DNA of 52,752 bases, taken from positions 1 to 52,752 of the forward strand of contig JACOXW010000011.1 of the NCBI GenBank assembly GCA_016182205.1. Direction: 5' to 3'. The notes beneath the pieces were generated by a model. The model ran no database searches. It was given only the letters and a program-made list of their open reading frames with translations, and was not told where the DNA came from. Positions within the stretch are counted from its first letter, which is position 1; each line of letters starts with the position of its first letter. Shown here piece after piece: positions 8,500-18,058 of the stretch. The DNA comes from Candidatus Levyibacteriota bacterium (GTDB taxonomy: Bacteria; Patescibacteriota; Microgenomatia; Levybacterales; UBA12049). Both the position numbers and the translations under genes were made by a program.

Positions 8500-10474
8500 A
8501 TGGGTGAAGAAAATTTTCATGAAAAGTGTGGAATTTTTGGTATTTACGGTAAAGGCTTGGATGCTGCGCGATTGACATATTTTGGATTGTATGCACTCCA
8601 ACACCGTGGACAAGAAAGCAGAAGAAGACTTCAAAAATCTCAAAGGGCACATCGCAATTGGACATAACAGATATTCCACATCAGGAGGTTTGTCTTATGA
8701 ACATACACAACCTGTCGTTTTGAAAAATGACATTGTCGCCCTAGCGCATAATGGTACACTTCCAGAAACAAAAAAATTGGAACGCTTCCTGTCTGCAATC
8801 GGCTTATATACCAAAGGACATAATGATTCAGAACTTATGCAAATGTTGATCAAATATTATCTGGTAAAAAAATATTCGTTGGAAGATGCAGTATTGGAAT
8901 CCTTACCGCTTTTTACAGGGGCATATTGTCTGGTCATAATGACGAAAAACAAACTTGTTGCTGTTCGTGACCCATACGGTATTCGCCCTTTATCCTTGGG
9001 TAAACTGAATGGAGGCTATGTTGTTTCTTCTGAAACTTGCGCATTTGATACTATTAATGCCACATTTATTCGTGAGATAAACCCTGGAGAAATGGTAACA
9101 CTTGATGAACGTGGAATTACCACAAAACAATTCGCACCGACAAATCATAAATTGGATATCTTTGAATTTGTTTATTTTGCCCGTCCAGATAGCATGCTAA
9201 TGGGAAAACGTGTGTATAAGGTACGTGAAAAACTAGGCTTAACATTAGCAAAAGAATTTCCTTTAAAAGCCGATGTCGTTATACCTGTTCCGGAATCTTC
9301 AATCCCGGCAGCACTAGGATATGCTCATCAAACCAATATCCCCTTTGAATATGGGTTAATAAAAAACAGATATATTGGTAGGACGTTTATTATGCCTGAT
9401 CAAAGACTTCGCGATAGAGGAGTACAGATGAAATTAAATCCAGTCCGAGAGATTATAGAAAATAAACGAGTGGTGCTTATAGATGATTCAATCGTTAGAG
9501 GGACAACACTAAAAATTTTAGTAAGAATGCTTCGCGAGGTAGGAGCAAAAGAAGTTCATGTATTAAGTAGCTGCCCGCCTGTTAAATTTCCAGATTTCTA
9601 CGGCATCAATACACCAACACAAAAAGAACTAATTGCATCACATAAAACGACACCACAAATAAAAAAACATATAGGTGCTGATTCACTATACTTTCTTTCC
9701 TATAAAGGCTTGCTAGACTCAGTTGGACTACCGGAAAATCTTTTTTGTACATCATGCTTCACAGGTGAGTACCCCATAGATATTGGCAGCAACATCAAAA
9801 AAATTACCGGAGCAAAAATCCTCCAACCTCTTTCCTCCCAAAATGGAAAAACTGAACAGCTTGCGGTACTTATCTCCAATAAAGGAACAGGGTCTAATCT
9901 AAAAGCAATTATTAACGCAAAAAAAGAGAAAAAAATTCCAGCTACTATTTCACTGGTCGTTAGTGACAGAAAAGATGCACAAGGATTACAACATGCAATT
10001 GATAATAATATTCCCTATATCGTAAAACAACTTAAGGATAAATCAAAACGTGATTCCTACGGAAAAGATCTTGCTGAAATACTCAACAGTTACCATATTA
10101 CCACTGCTATTCTTGCAGGATTTATGACAATCCTTCCAACATCATACTTTACAACATTTAGAGGAATTACGCTAAATATTCATCCGGGCCTTATTCCAGA
10201 TGATAAGAAAAAACCCTTCCGTTTCCCAGATGGAACTGTGGCGCCGTGGAATCAAGGAATTATGACTGAAAAAGCTGTTGAGAATTTTCTACGATATAGA
10301 TATGCTGGATCGACTGTCCATATTGTCACACAAGAAGCAGATTTTGGCCCAGTGCTTGAGAGAAGAATTATAAAAACCAAACGAAATGATACTGTACAAA
10401 CATTATATGCAAGACTTAAAAAAGAAGAACATAAAGGGCTAGTTAAAAGCATTAAAAAATTAGTGAAAAAATAA
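8500..10474 (+). pseudogene. purF: Amidophosphoribosyltransferase fused to GAR transformylase (PurF-PurN), broken by an internal deletion/frameshift near 8620
   Basis: One frame from ATG 8500 gives [14 protein letters not shown]...LQHRGQES. Another frame resumes at [20 protein letters not shown] and contains VLIDDSIVRGTT. From ~9857 the product is PurN-like (AVLISNKGTGSNL, LAGFM, NIHPG, GSTVH, DFGP). Could also be an assembly error. Confidence 0.8.
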
Positions 10475-11785
10475 ATGCAAAATATTCTTATTCTCGGCTC
10501 AGGAGGAAGAGAACATGCACTTGCTGATATATACAGTAAAAGTAGAAAAATAAAAAGAGTTTTTGTCTTGCCAGGAAACGGATTAACAGATTATAAAAAT
10601 ACAAAAATAAAAAATGTTACATCTATTTCACCTTCAGATATCAATACTATTATTTCGTTTTGTAAAAAAGAAAAAATAGATCTTGTCGATGTCGCCCAAG
10701 ATGAACCGATTTCCAAAGGTTTTGTGGGCTTATTGGAAAAAAATGGAATTCCATCCTTCGGTCCTACCCAAAAAGCGTCGCAGATAGAATGGGATAAAGA
10801 TTGGGCACGGCAGTTTATGGAAAAGTATAATCTTCCAATTCCAACATATAAATCTTTTACCAACAGCAGACAAGCACTTGCATATCTTAATAAACTTCCG
10901 AATCAAACCCTCTATATTAAAGCATCCGGACTTGCAGGGGGAAAAGGTGCGATACGAGCAGGAAACAGACAAGAAGCTATAAACGCTATAAAAGCAATGA
11001 AACAGTTTGGAAAAGCAGGAAGAACATTTCTTATTGAAGAAGCACTTCTTGGAGAAGAATTCTCACTCTTTGCTATTTGTGACGGAAAACACTATATCAT
11101 TACAAAAGCTGCACAAGATCATAAAACTGTCTATAGTGGCGATAAAGGACTCAATACTGGTGGCATGGGGTGTGTTGCACCACCATTGGTTGTCACAAAA
11201 AAAATAATTAAAGACATTGAGAGGAAAATTTTGAAGCCATTTTTACAAGGCATGAAGAAGGAGGGAAGACCATATACTGGTATCTTATATCTTGGTGGCA
11301 TGTTGACAAAGAAAGGAGTAAAAATCATTGAGTTTAACGCACGTTGGGGAGACCCTGAAGCAGAAGTCATTTTGCCAAGTTTTAAAACAGATTATCTTAC
11401 TATTGTTCTTAAAGCGTTAGAGGGCAAACTTGATGAAATAAACATTCGTTTTGATAATAAAACAAGGGTAAGTATTGCAGGATGTTCTGCAGGATATCCC
11501 AACGACTATTCTGAAGTAAAGGATAAGGAGATTTTTGGTTTAGATTCTCTTTTTTCATTAAAAAATATCAGCCTTTTTGGAGCCGGAATAAAGCGGCAAG
11601 GGGAAAAGTTCCTTGCTGATGGAGGAAGAATATTTCATTTAGTTGCAGAAGGAAACACAATTCAAGAGGTACGAAAGAAAGCCTATGAAGCAATGTCTCT
11701 TATTTTTATTGAAGGAAACAACCTTCATTACAGAACAGATATCGCTTGGCGTGATGTCGAAAGATTAATAAAGGAAAAAACATGA
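10475..11785 (+). CDS. purD: Phosphoribosylamine-glycine ligase
   Basis: GSGGREHAL, GLAGGKG, QDHK, NTGGMG and EFNARWGDPE motifs. Confidence 0.96.
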   Translation: MQNILILGSGGREHALADIYSKSRKIKRVFVLPGNGLTDYKNTKIKNVTSISPSDINTIISFCKKEKIDLVDVAQDEPISKGFVGLLEKNGIPSFGPTQKASQIEWDKDWARQFMEKYNLPIPTYKSFTNSRQALAYLNKLPNQTLYIKASGLAGGKGAIRAGNRQEAINAIKAMKQFGKAGRTFLIEEALLGEEFSLFAICDGKHYIITKAAQDHKTVYSGDKGLNTGGMGCVAPPLVVTKKIIKDIERKILKPFLQGMKKEGRPYTGILYLGGMLTKKGVKIIEFNARWGDPEAEVILPSFKTDYLTIVLKALEGKLDEINIRFDNKTRVSIAGCSAGYPNDYSEVKDKEIFGLDSLFSLKNISLFGAGIKRQGEKFLADGGRIFHLVAEGNTIQEVRKKAYEAMSLIFIEGNNLHYRTDIAWRDVERLIKEKT

Positions 11786-14607
11786 TCCAAAAAATCAGAG
11801 TAAAAGAATTACAAAAACATATTAAAGCGAATGAGTCATTGCTTAAAGATATTAACCAGTTAGTGACATCCGCAGCTATTAACGGAATCGAAGTTGTCAA
11901 AGTATACCGCCTTGATGGTATAACAAAACAGCAGGCGGATTTTCTTGCACAAAAATTGTTCTGTGAACAAATTACTCAATCTTATAGCGTAAATAAATAT
12001 CTTCTCGATAAATCCTGTACGGTTTTTGAAATTTCCTATAAACCCGGGGTAATGAATCCTGAAGTAGCATCCATTCTCAAGTCGGCCCATGATTTAGGGA
12101 TACATCCGACAACTGTAGATACCAGCAAGGAATACGGATTCTTTGGAGAAGCAACAAGAGAAGAGTTGGAGCAAATGTTACTGCGGATTAAATTATTTAA
12201 TCCGCTTATTGAATATATCCGGCCTACCGATGACCCCGTTGCGACAATTCCTCTTACCATAATGACAGATGACGAATTGATAGAGCTTTCTGCTGATAAA
12301 TTGTTCTTAAATCTGGAAGAAATGAAAACAATCCAACGCTACTTCAAAAAACTAAAACGTAATCCGACCGATGCAGAACTTGAGACACTTGCTCAGACAT
12401 GGAGTGAACATTGTGCACATAAAACTTTTAAAGCAACCCTCATCGTCGATGGAAAAAAGAGGAAACCTCTGATGACAAGAATCAAAAATCAGGCGCTAAA
12501 ACATAAAAAAAATATTGTGTCGGCATTTGTTGATAACTCTGGCGTCATGGATTTTTATGACGATCAGGCAATTTGCGGAAAAGCAGAAACACACAATTCT
12601 CCTTCTGCTATTGAACCGTATGGTGGGGCAATGACTGGATCAGGCGGAGTCTTTCGAGATGTTTTAGGAACAGGACTGGGAGCAAAAAATATCGCATCAA
12701 CTGACATCTTTTGTTTTGCACCGCCTGGTACGGATCCTGCCACCCTACCGCTTGGGACACTACCTCCAGATTACTTGCTTAAGCGGGTTGTTGCAGGTGT
12801 AAGAGACTACGGAAATAGAATAGGAATTCCGACCAATAATGGCTCTTTGCATTTCCACCATGATTTCCGAGCAAAACCCACAGTAATTGTCGGCGCATAC
12901 GGTATCATTCCAAAAGCCATGGCAAAAAAAGGAGAACCAAAGATAGGAGACCTCGTTGTAGCGGTCGGTGGCAGAACCGGACGTGACGGAATTCATGGAG
13001 CAACATTTTCAAGTGGAGAAATGACAGATAGAACTATTTCTGTAAATGCGCAAGCAGTACAAATAGGCAATGCTATTGAGGAAAAACGAACGTTTGATGC
13101 TATTTTAGAAGCAAGAGACAATGGCTGTATTCATGCAATCCAGGACTGCGGTGCAGGAGGGTTTTCTTCTGCAATTGGTGAGCTGGGTGAGCAAATAGGT
13201 GTAACTATTCATCTGGAAAAAGCACCGGTAAAGTACGAAGGACTCAGGCCCTGGGAAATCTGGGTCTCAGAATCCCAAGAAAGAATAATTCTTGCTGTTC
13301 CGAAAATAAAACAAACAGAACTACGTCAAATTTGTAAACGATATAACGTGGAGGCAAGCTTTTTAGGTGAATTTAACGGCAGTAAAAAATTACATGTGTT
13401 TTATGAAGATGAAATTGTTTGCAATTTGGATATGGAATTTCTCCATCACGGTTTATCGCATAGAACCATGATAGCAACAAAACCAAGCACCTCAAACGTC
13501 GTTCTGAACAGATCTCAAGACGACGTTCCTACTCCCAAAACCAAGCAAGATTGGAACCAAGTTTTAGGAAAAATTCTATCTCATGGAAATATTTGCTCAA
13601 AAGAACCAATTGTCAGACTGTATGATCATACGGTACAAGGACGAAATGTCATACCTCCTTATAGCGGAGCGCAAATGGATGGCCCAACAGATGCAGCTGT
13701 TATTCGTCCTCTTTTGGAAAAACCTTATGGCATGGTCATAAGTCATGGGCTCAATCCAATTTTAACCAGGCTTGATCCGTACCAGGGAAGCATCTGGGCT
13801 GCAACCGAAAGCTTAGCAAATTACGTTTCAGTAGGAGGAAATTATAAGGAAAGTTCTCTTATCAATAACTATATCTGGCCATTTCCAGACGAAGAAAATC
13901 TGTGGTCTTTGGATCAATCGGTTAACGCGGTTGTTGACTTCATGAGCGCACTACAAATTCCGGTCATTTCAGGAAAAGACAGTCTCTCCTCCACCTACCG
14001 CGGAAAAGACGGAACAGTCATTAGAATTCCACCGGTTCTTTGTATCTCCGCTTTTGGAAGAATTCCTGACGTTTCAAAAACAATGACATCCGATTTGAAA
14101 AAAGAAAACTCTCTTCTATATCTTATCGGCAAATCGGATTTTGACGCCATGGGAGGATCTACATACTTTGATATTTATAATCTAGTGGGGAAAAGTATTC
14201 CAAAAATTTCTCTGCAGGTATTACCAAAAGTATTAGAAGCAATACAAAAAGCGATTGCAAACGAGCAAGTACTTTCTGTACATGATATAAGCGAAGGAGG
14301 AGTGTTAACTTCCCTTTTTGAGATGTGTGTTGGCGGCAACTTAGGAGCAGCTATTGATTTAAAACCATTTAAGAACCAAAGACCTGATTATGTACTTTTT
14401 AACGAAACTGCAGGAACATTTATAGTAGAAGTTGCCGATGAAAAAACAGCAAAAAAAATCTTTTCAGCTGTTCCCTATACTGTCTTAGGAAAAACACAGA
14501 AAAGAAAAATCATTGCAGTAAACAACGGCCCTCAAAAGCTTTTTGATACCAATATAGAATCACTTAAAAAACTCTGGAAAGAGCCAATGCAAAAACTTTT
14601 TGTTTAA
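11782..14607 (+). CDS. purL: FGAM synthase synthetase subunit with N-terminal PurS-like extension
   Basis: QTWSEHCAHK, ETHNSPSAIEP, GRDGIHGATFSS, QDCGAGG, SESQER and ISGKDS motifs; no glutaminase domain; no separate purS in the window. Confidence 0.94.
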   Translation: MIQKIRVKELQKHIKANESLLKDINQLVTSAAINGIEVVKVYRLDGITKQQADFLAQKLFCEQITQSYSVNKYLLDKSCTVFEISYKPGVMNPEVASILKSAHDLGIHPTTVDTSKEYGFFGEATREELEQMLLRIKLFNPLIEYIRPTDDPVATIPLTIMTDDELIELSADKLFLNLEEMKTIQRYFKKLKRNPTDAELETLAQTWSEHCAHKTFKATLIVDGKKRKPLMTRIKNQALKHKKNIVSAFVDNSGVMDFYDDQAICGKAETHNSPSAIEPYGGAMTGSGGVFRDVLGTGLGAKNIASTDIFCFAPPGTDPATLPLGTLPPDYLLKRVVAGVRDYGNRIGIPTNNGSLHFHHDFRAKPTVIVGAYGIIPKAMAKKGEPKIGDLVVAVGGRTGRDGIHGATFSSGEMTDRTISVNAQAVQIGNAIEEKRTFDAILEARDNGCIHAIQDCGAGGFSSAIGELGEQIGVTIHLEKAPVKYEGLRPWEIWVSESQERIILAVPKIKQTELRQICKRYNVEASFLGEFNGSKKLHVFYEDEIVCNLDMEFLHHGLSHRTMIATKPSTSNVVLNRSQDDVPTPKTKQDWNQVLGKILSHGNICSKEPIVRLYDHTVQGRNVIPPYSGAQMDGPTDAAVIRPLLEKPYGMVISHGLNPILTRLDPYQGSIWAATESLANYVSVGGNYKESSLINNYIWPFPDEENLWSLDQSVNAVVDFMSALQIPVISGKDSLSSTYRGKDGTVIRIPPVLCISAFGRIPDVSKTMTSDLKKENSLLYLIGKSDFDAMGGSTYFDIYNLVGKSIPKISLQVLPKVLEAIQKAIANEQVLSVHDISEGGVLTSLFEMCVGGNLGAAIDLKPFKNQRPDYVLFNETAGTFIVEVADEKTAKKIFSAVPYTVLGKTQKRKIIAVNNGPQKLFDTNIESLKKLWKEPMQKLFV

Positions 14608-14611
14608 CGAA

Positions 14612-15412
14612 ATGCAAACAAAACCGAACGTCTTAATTCTAAGAACTGAAGGAACCAATTGCGATGAAGAACTTGCTTTTGCTTTTGCACAAGCAGGAGG
14701 AAATCCACAGTTTGTGCATGTGAATGATCTGCGAGAAAAAAGAAAACGGTTAAAAGATTTTAACATTCTCGCGCTCCCAGGTGGATTCTCCTATGGTGAC
14801 GATGTCGTATCAGGAAAGATTTTAGCAGTTGAGCTGACATCTTTTTTTGAAGAAGAGCTGAAAAAATTTGTCGGCAGAAAAGATACATTAACTATAGGTG
14901 TATGTAACGGATTTCAGGTATTGGTAAGAACCGGTCTTCTTCCGTTTAACACTCCGGAAAACATGCAAGCAACACTTGTTAACAATGACTCTGGTCATTT
15001 TGAATGCCGGTGGATTAAACTTAGGATAAATGATAAAAATAATTCACCGTTTTTGAAAGACTTAGGAAATACCATTGTCACATATCAAGTAGCCCATGGT
15101 GAAGGAAAATTCTTCGCCCCAAAAAAAACTCTTGCCGCAATAGGAAAAAAACACCTTGTTGCTCTACAATACATCGATGAGAAAGGAAATCCAACACAAC
15201 AGTATCCTGAAAACCCTAATGGTGCGCTACATGCAATTGCAGGAATTACTGATGAAACCGGACGTATCTTCGGACTCATGCCGCATCCTGAGCGATTCGT
15301 CTTAAAGCAGCAGTACCCAAATTGGAGGAGGGAAACCCTTCGGCAGGCTCAAGGTAAACCGCATGGATTACCAATATTTGAAAACGCAATAGAATTCTGT
15401 AAATATATATAA
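14612..15412 (+). CDS. purQ: FGAM synthase glutaminase subunit
   Basis: GTNCD, PGGFSYGD, GVCNGFQ, AHGEG and MPHPER motifs. Confidence 0.95.
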   Translation: MQTKPNVLILRTEGTNCDEELAFAFAQAGGNPQFVHVNDLREKRKRLKDFNILALPGGFSYGDDVVSGKILAVELTSFFEEELKKFVGRKDTLTIGVCNGFQVLVRTGLLPFNTPENMQATLVNNDSGHFECRWIKLRINDKNNSPFLKDLGNTIVTYQVAHGEGKFFAPKKTLAAIGKKHLVALQYIDEKGNPTQQYPENPNGALHAIAGITDETGRIFGLMPHPERFVLKQQYPNWRRETLRQAQGKPHGLPIFENAIEFCKYI

Positions 15413-15413
15413 C

Positions 15414-16061
15414 ATGATTAAAACAATTATTTTTGATATGGATGGAGTAATCGTTGATAGCGAACCTCTTTTTGACAGTTTTCTGATGGATTACTGTAAA
15501 AATCTAGGAGTGTCTCTTACGCAAACCCACCTTGAAGCATATCGAGGAAAAACAAGTCGAAGCCAATGGACAGATATTATTAACGAATTTTCTCTTATCC
15601 ATTCAGTTGATGAATTAATTGTAGATGCAAGAAAAAGTTACTTACAGTACTTAGAGGTAAAACTCATTAAGCCAATACCCGGTATCACTACACTATTACG
15701 AAAATTGTCCCGTACATATGTACTTGTATTAGCTTCATCTGCCTCACCTCACAGAATTACGCTTTTTCTTGATAAGACAAGGGTGCGTAATTTTTTCCAG
15801 GCAATTGTCTCTGCAGATGATGTCATTCATGGAAAACCAGCGCCAGATGTATTTCTACTTGCAGCAAAAAAGGTTAAGGCAAAACCCTATGAGTGCGTTG
15901 TTGTTGAGGATGCAACAAATGGAGTGCAAGCAGCCAAAAATGCCAAAATGAAGGTTATCGGATATAAAGGACTGCTACATAACACACAAGATTTATCAAT
16001 GGCAGATGCAGTAATAAAAAACTTTAAAGAAGTTACTCCTCTATTTTTAAAAAAACTTTAG
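15414..16061 (+). CDS. HAD-IA (beta-PGM-like) phosphatase
   Basis: FDMDGVIVDSE, GKPAPD and VVEDATNG motifs. Confidence 0.9.
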   Translation: MIKTIIFDMDGVIVDSEPLFDSFLMDYCKNLGVSLTQTHLEAYRGKTSRSQWTDIINEFSLIHSVDELIVDARKSYLQYLEVKLIKPIPGITTLLRKLSRTYVLVLASSASPHRITLFLDKTRVRNFFQAIVSADDVIHGKPAPDVFLLAAKKVKAKPYECVVVEDATNGVQAAKNAKMKVIGYKGLLHNTQDLSMADAVIKNFKEVTPLFLKKL

Positions 16062-16095
16062 ATACATACTCAATATGCATTCCTTTTTGTTGTTT

Positions 16096-16977
16096 CTATG
16101 GATTGGTGAAAGCGACAAGCAAGGGAACTTCCATAACTTGCTTGTAAGGTATCCCATGTCCCCAATTCATATCCTCTCCAAAGCACTCTCCATGATCACC
16201 AGTAATCACAATAAGTAAAGGCCTAGAAAGCATTTTGATTAAGCGCTCGATCTTTTTATCAACAGTCTCTAATGCAGCGATTTGCGCTCTATGTAAAAGT
16301 TGTAATTCCTGTTTCGTAACCTGTACGTTTTTTAAATTTTCATGCTTACATCCCCAGATTGACGATGCCTTATTAATAATCTCGCGAACCTGATTTGAAT
16401 AACTTCCTTCACCTGTATCATAGGGAACATGCGTCTCCAGACAATTTAAAAAGAGAAAAAAATTCTTTCTCTTTTTTACCTTATTAACAATTGTATCTAT
16501 ATTATTAAGAGCGAACTCGTTTATCCTCCTTTCTTGAAATACGCTTGTAGTATCATCAGGTCCATAAAAAAGGAATGTATCAAAAAGCTCTGTAAGCGTT
16601 TTATTCCGAAACCAACGTACACCTCCAGAACCAATGATCTGATAACCAATATTTCTATATCCGTCTAGGATATTTTTTCCTTCTAACATAATACCTACAG
16701 ATTCTAATGATCGAGTTCTACCGGATTTAAGTCGCCATAGCTGCCTAACATCTGGATTGTAATATGGCAATAGTGATTTTTGCGCAATTGGTAAATACCC
16801 CATAAAAAAACTCATATGAGCTGGCAATGTATAGGTGCCATGAGTTTTTGCTAATGAATATCCTGACAGGCTTTTTATAAATGGTATGCTGGATTTTGCA
16901 AATGTGTCGAAACGGCAACAGTCGAGTGTGATAAAAACAACACTCCTCTGATCCAGATCATAAATTGATCTCTTCAT
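16096..16977 (-). CDS. Alkaline-phosphatase/sulfatase-superfamily metalloenzyme (STM4013-like)
   Basis: VFITLDCCRFD, TYTLPAH (Thr-type nucleophile region, no CxPxR), ETHVPY and GDHGE...GHG metal ligands. Confidence 0.75.
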   Translation of the reverse strand: MKRSIYDLDQRSVVFITLDCCRFDTFAKSSIPFIKSLSGYSLAKTHGTYTLPAHMSFFMGYLPIAQKSLLPYYNPDVRQLWRLKSGRTRSLESVGIMLEGKNILDGYRNIGYQIIGSGGVRWFRNKTLTELFDTFLFYGPDDTTSVFQERRINEFALNNIDTIVNKVKKRKNFFLFLNCLETHVPYDTGEGSYSNQVREIINKASSIWGCKHENLKNVQVTKQELQLLHRAQIAALETVDKKIERLIKMLSRPLLIVITGDHGECFGEDMNWGHGIPYKQVMEVPLLVAFTNP

Positions 16978-17996
16978 TCTTGTTTAGTTTTTTGTAAGCC
17001 TGCAAAAAAAAGTTTTGTCTTTTCAAAATCACTCTGTGCCATCCGGGATTGAAACGATTGAATAACAAGCCCTGCCGCAAAAGCACCCGCACGAGCACAC
17101 CTGTAAACATGCTCTTGTGTCCAATGTGTATAAGGAATTAAAGATAACATACCAAGCATTGCTCCCATATATGCATCTCCTGCTCCAGTTGTATCGACAA
17201 TTTTATCTTTTGGAGAAACTGGCGGAATTTTGTTGATTTTCCCTTCATATCGTAATAAAGACCCCTCTGCCCCTAAAGTAAGCAAAAATACTCTTGCATT
17301 TGGAAAAATATTAGTAATCTCATCTTGAGAATGTTGACTTCCTGTTATATGTTTAACCTCATCTCTGTTGGCAAATACTATCTCAGGATCATCTCTTATT
17401 GCAGAAAGTACAGATTGTAAGTGATCTTTATCAATCAGCACAGAATGTGCACCGCTTAAACGAAGCACGAACAATCCACTGTCACGTCTTACTGCTTTCA
17501 AAAGATCATGCGCCTTATTATAGGCTCTTTCATGACGAAATGTATTGACATTACTTACAAAAATCTGGTAACTATTCTGAGCAATATCTTCATTTGGTAT
17601 TTGCACATTTTCTGCTGCACCATAATAGGTAATTTCATCCACTGGTTCACCCTGTTGTGAAAGTAAAAATACACATGTTCCTGTTGGCAAACTGGTATCA
17701 ATTTGTGGTTCTCCCACTAATTGATTTGTTGCAGCAGCAAAAATTTCACCACGAACATCGTTGCCTACGCATGTATAAAGCTTTACCCCAACATCAGGAA
17801 CCATCCCTGCAAATGTTGTCATAACGTTTGCTACAGATCCACCTGCAGATGGTTTTACTCTTTCGGGAAACAATTCCAGAAACTGATCTATTTGAGAAAT
17901 ATCCTCTGTGGGACGTGGAAGCACAGCACTGGTATCTTGAATCTTTTCATCAACCAATGCAAAGGCCATGCTGACTGCGCGAAATTGCTCGGCCAT
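16974..17996 (-). CDS. PfkB-family kinase, adenosine/inosine-kinase-like
   Basis: AGGSVANV, VGNDVRG, FANRDE, TLGAEGS and VDTTGAGDAY motifs; start 17996 chosen because TGgTATACT lies 7 nt upstream. Confidence 0.82.
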   Translation of the reverse strand: MAEQFRAVSMAFALVDEKIQDTSAVLPRPTEDISQIDQFLELFPERVKPSAGGSVANVMTTFAGMVPDVGVKLYTCVGNDVRGEIFAAATNQLVGEPQIDTSLPTGTCVFLLSQQGEPVDEITYYGAAENVQIPNEDIAQNSYQIFVSNVNTFRHERAYNKAHDLLKAVRRDSGLFVLRLSGAHSVLIDKDHLQSVLSAIRDDPEIVFANRDEVKHITGSQHSQDEITNIFPNARVFLLTLGAEGSLLRYEGKINKIPPVSPKDKIVDTTGAGDAYMGAMLGMLSLIPYTHWTQEHVYRCARAGAFAAGLVIQSFQSRMAQSDFEKTKLFFAGLQKTKQE

Positions 17997-18058
17997 AACA
18001 GGTAGTATACCATACTTGCTAAACAATGCTACAATACGACCAAAATAATATTTTATCA

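Noticed and set aside
8600-8640. Programmed ribosomal frameshift restoring PurF
   Set aside because: A frameshift alone cannot restore the ~24 missing conserved residues, and no clear slippery heptamer is present.
17997-18058. Overlap of the kinase and sat ORF starts
   Set aside because: Divergent -10 boxes fit starts at 17996 and 18059 better.
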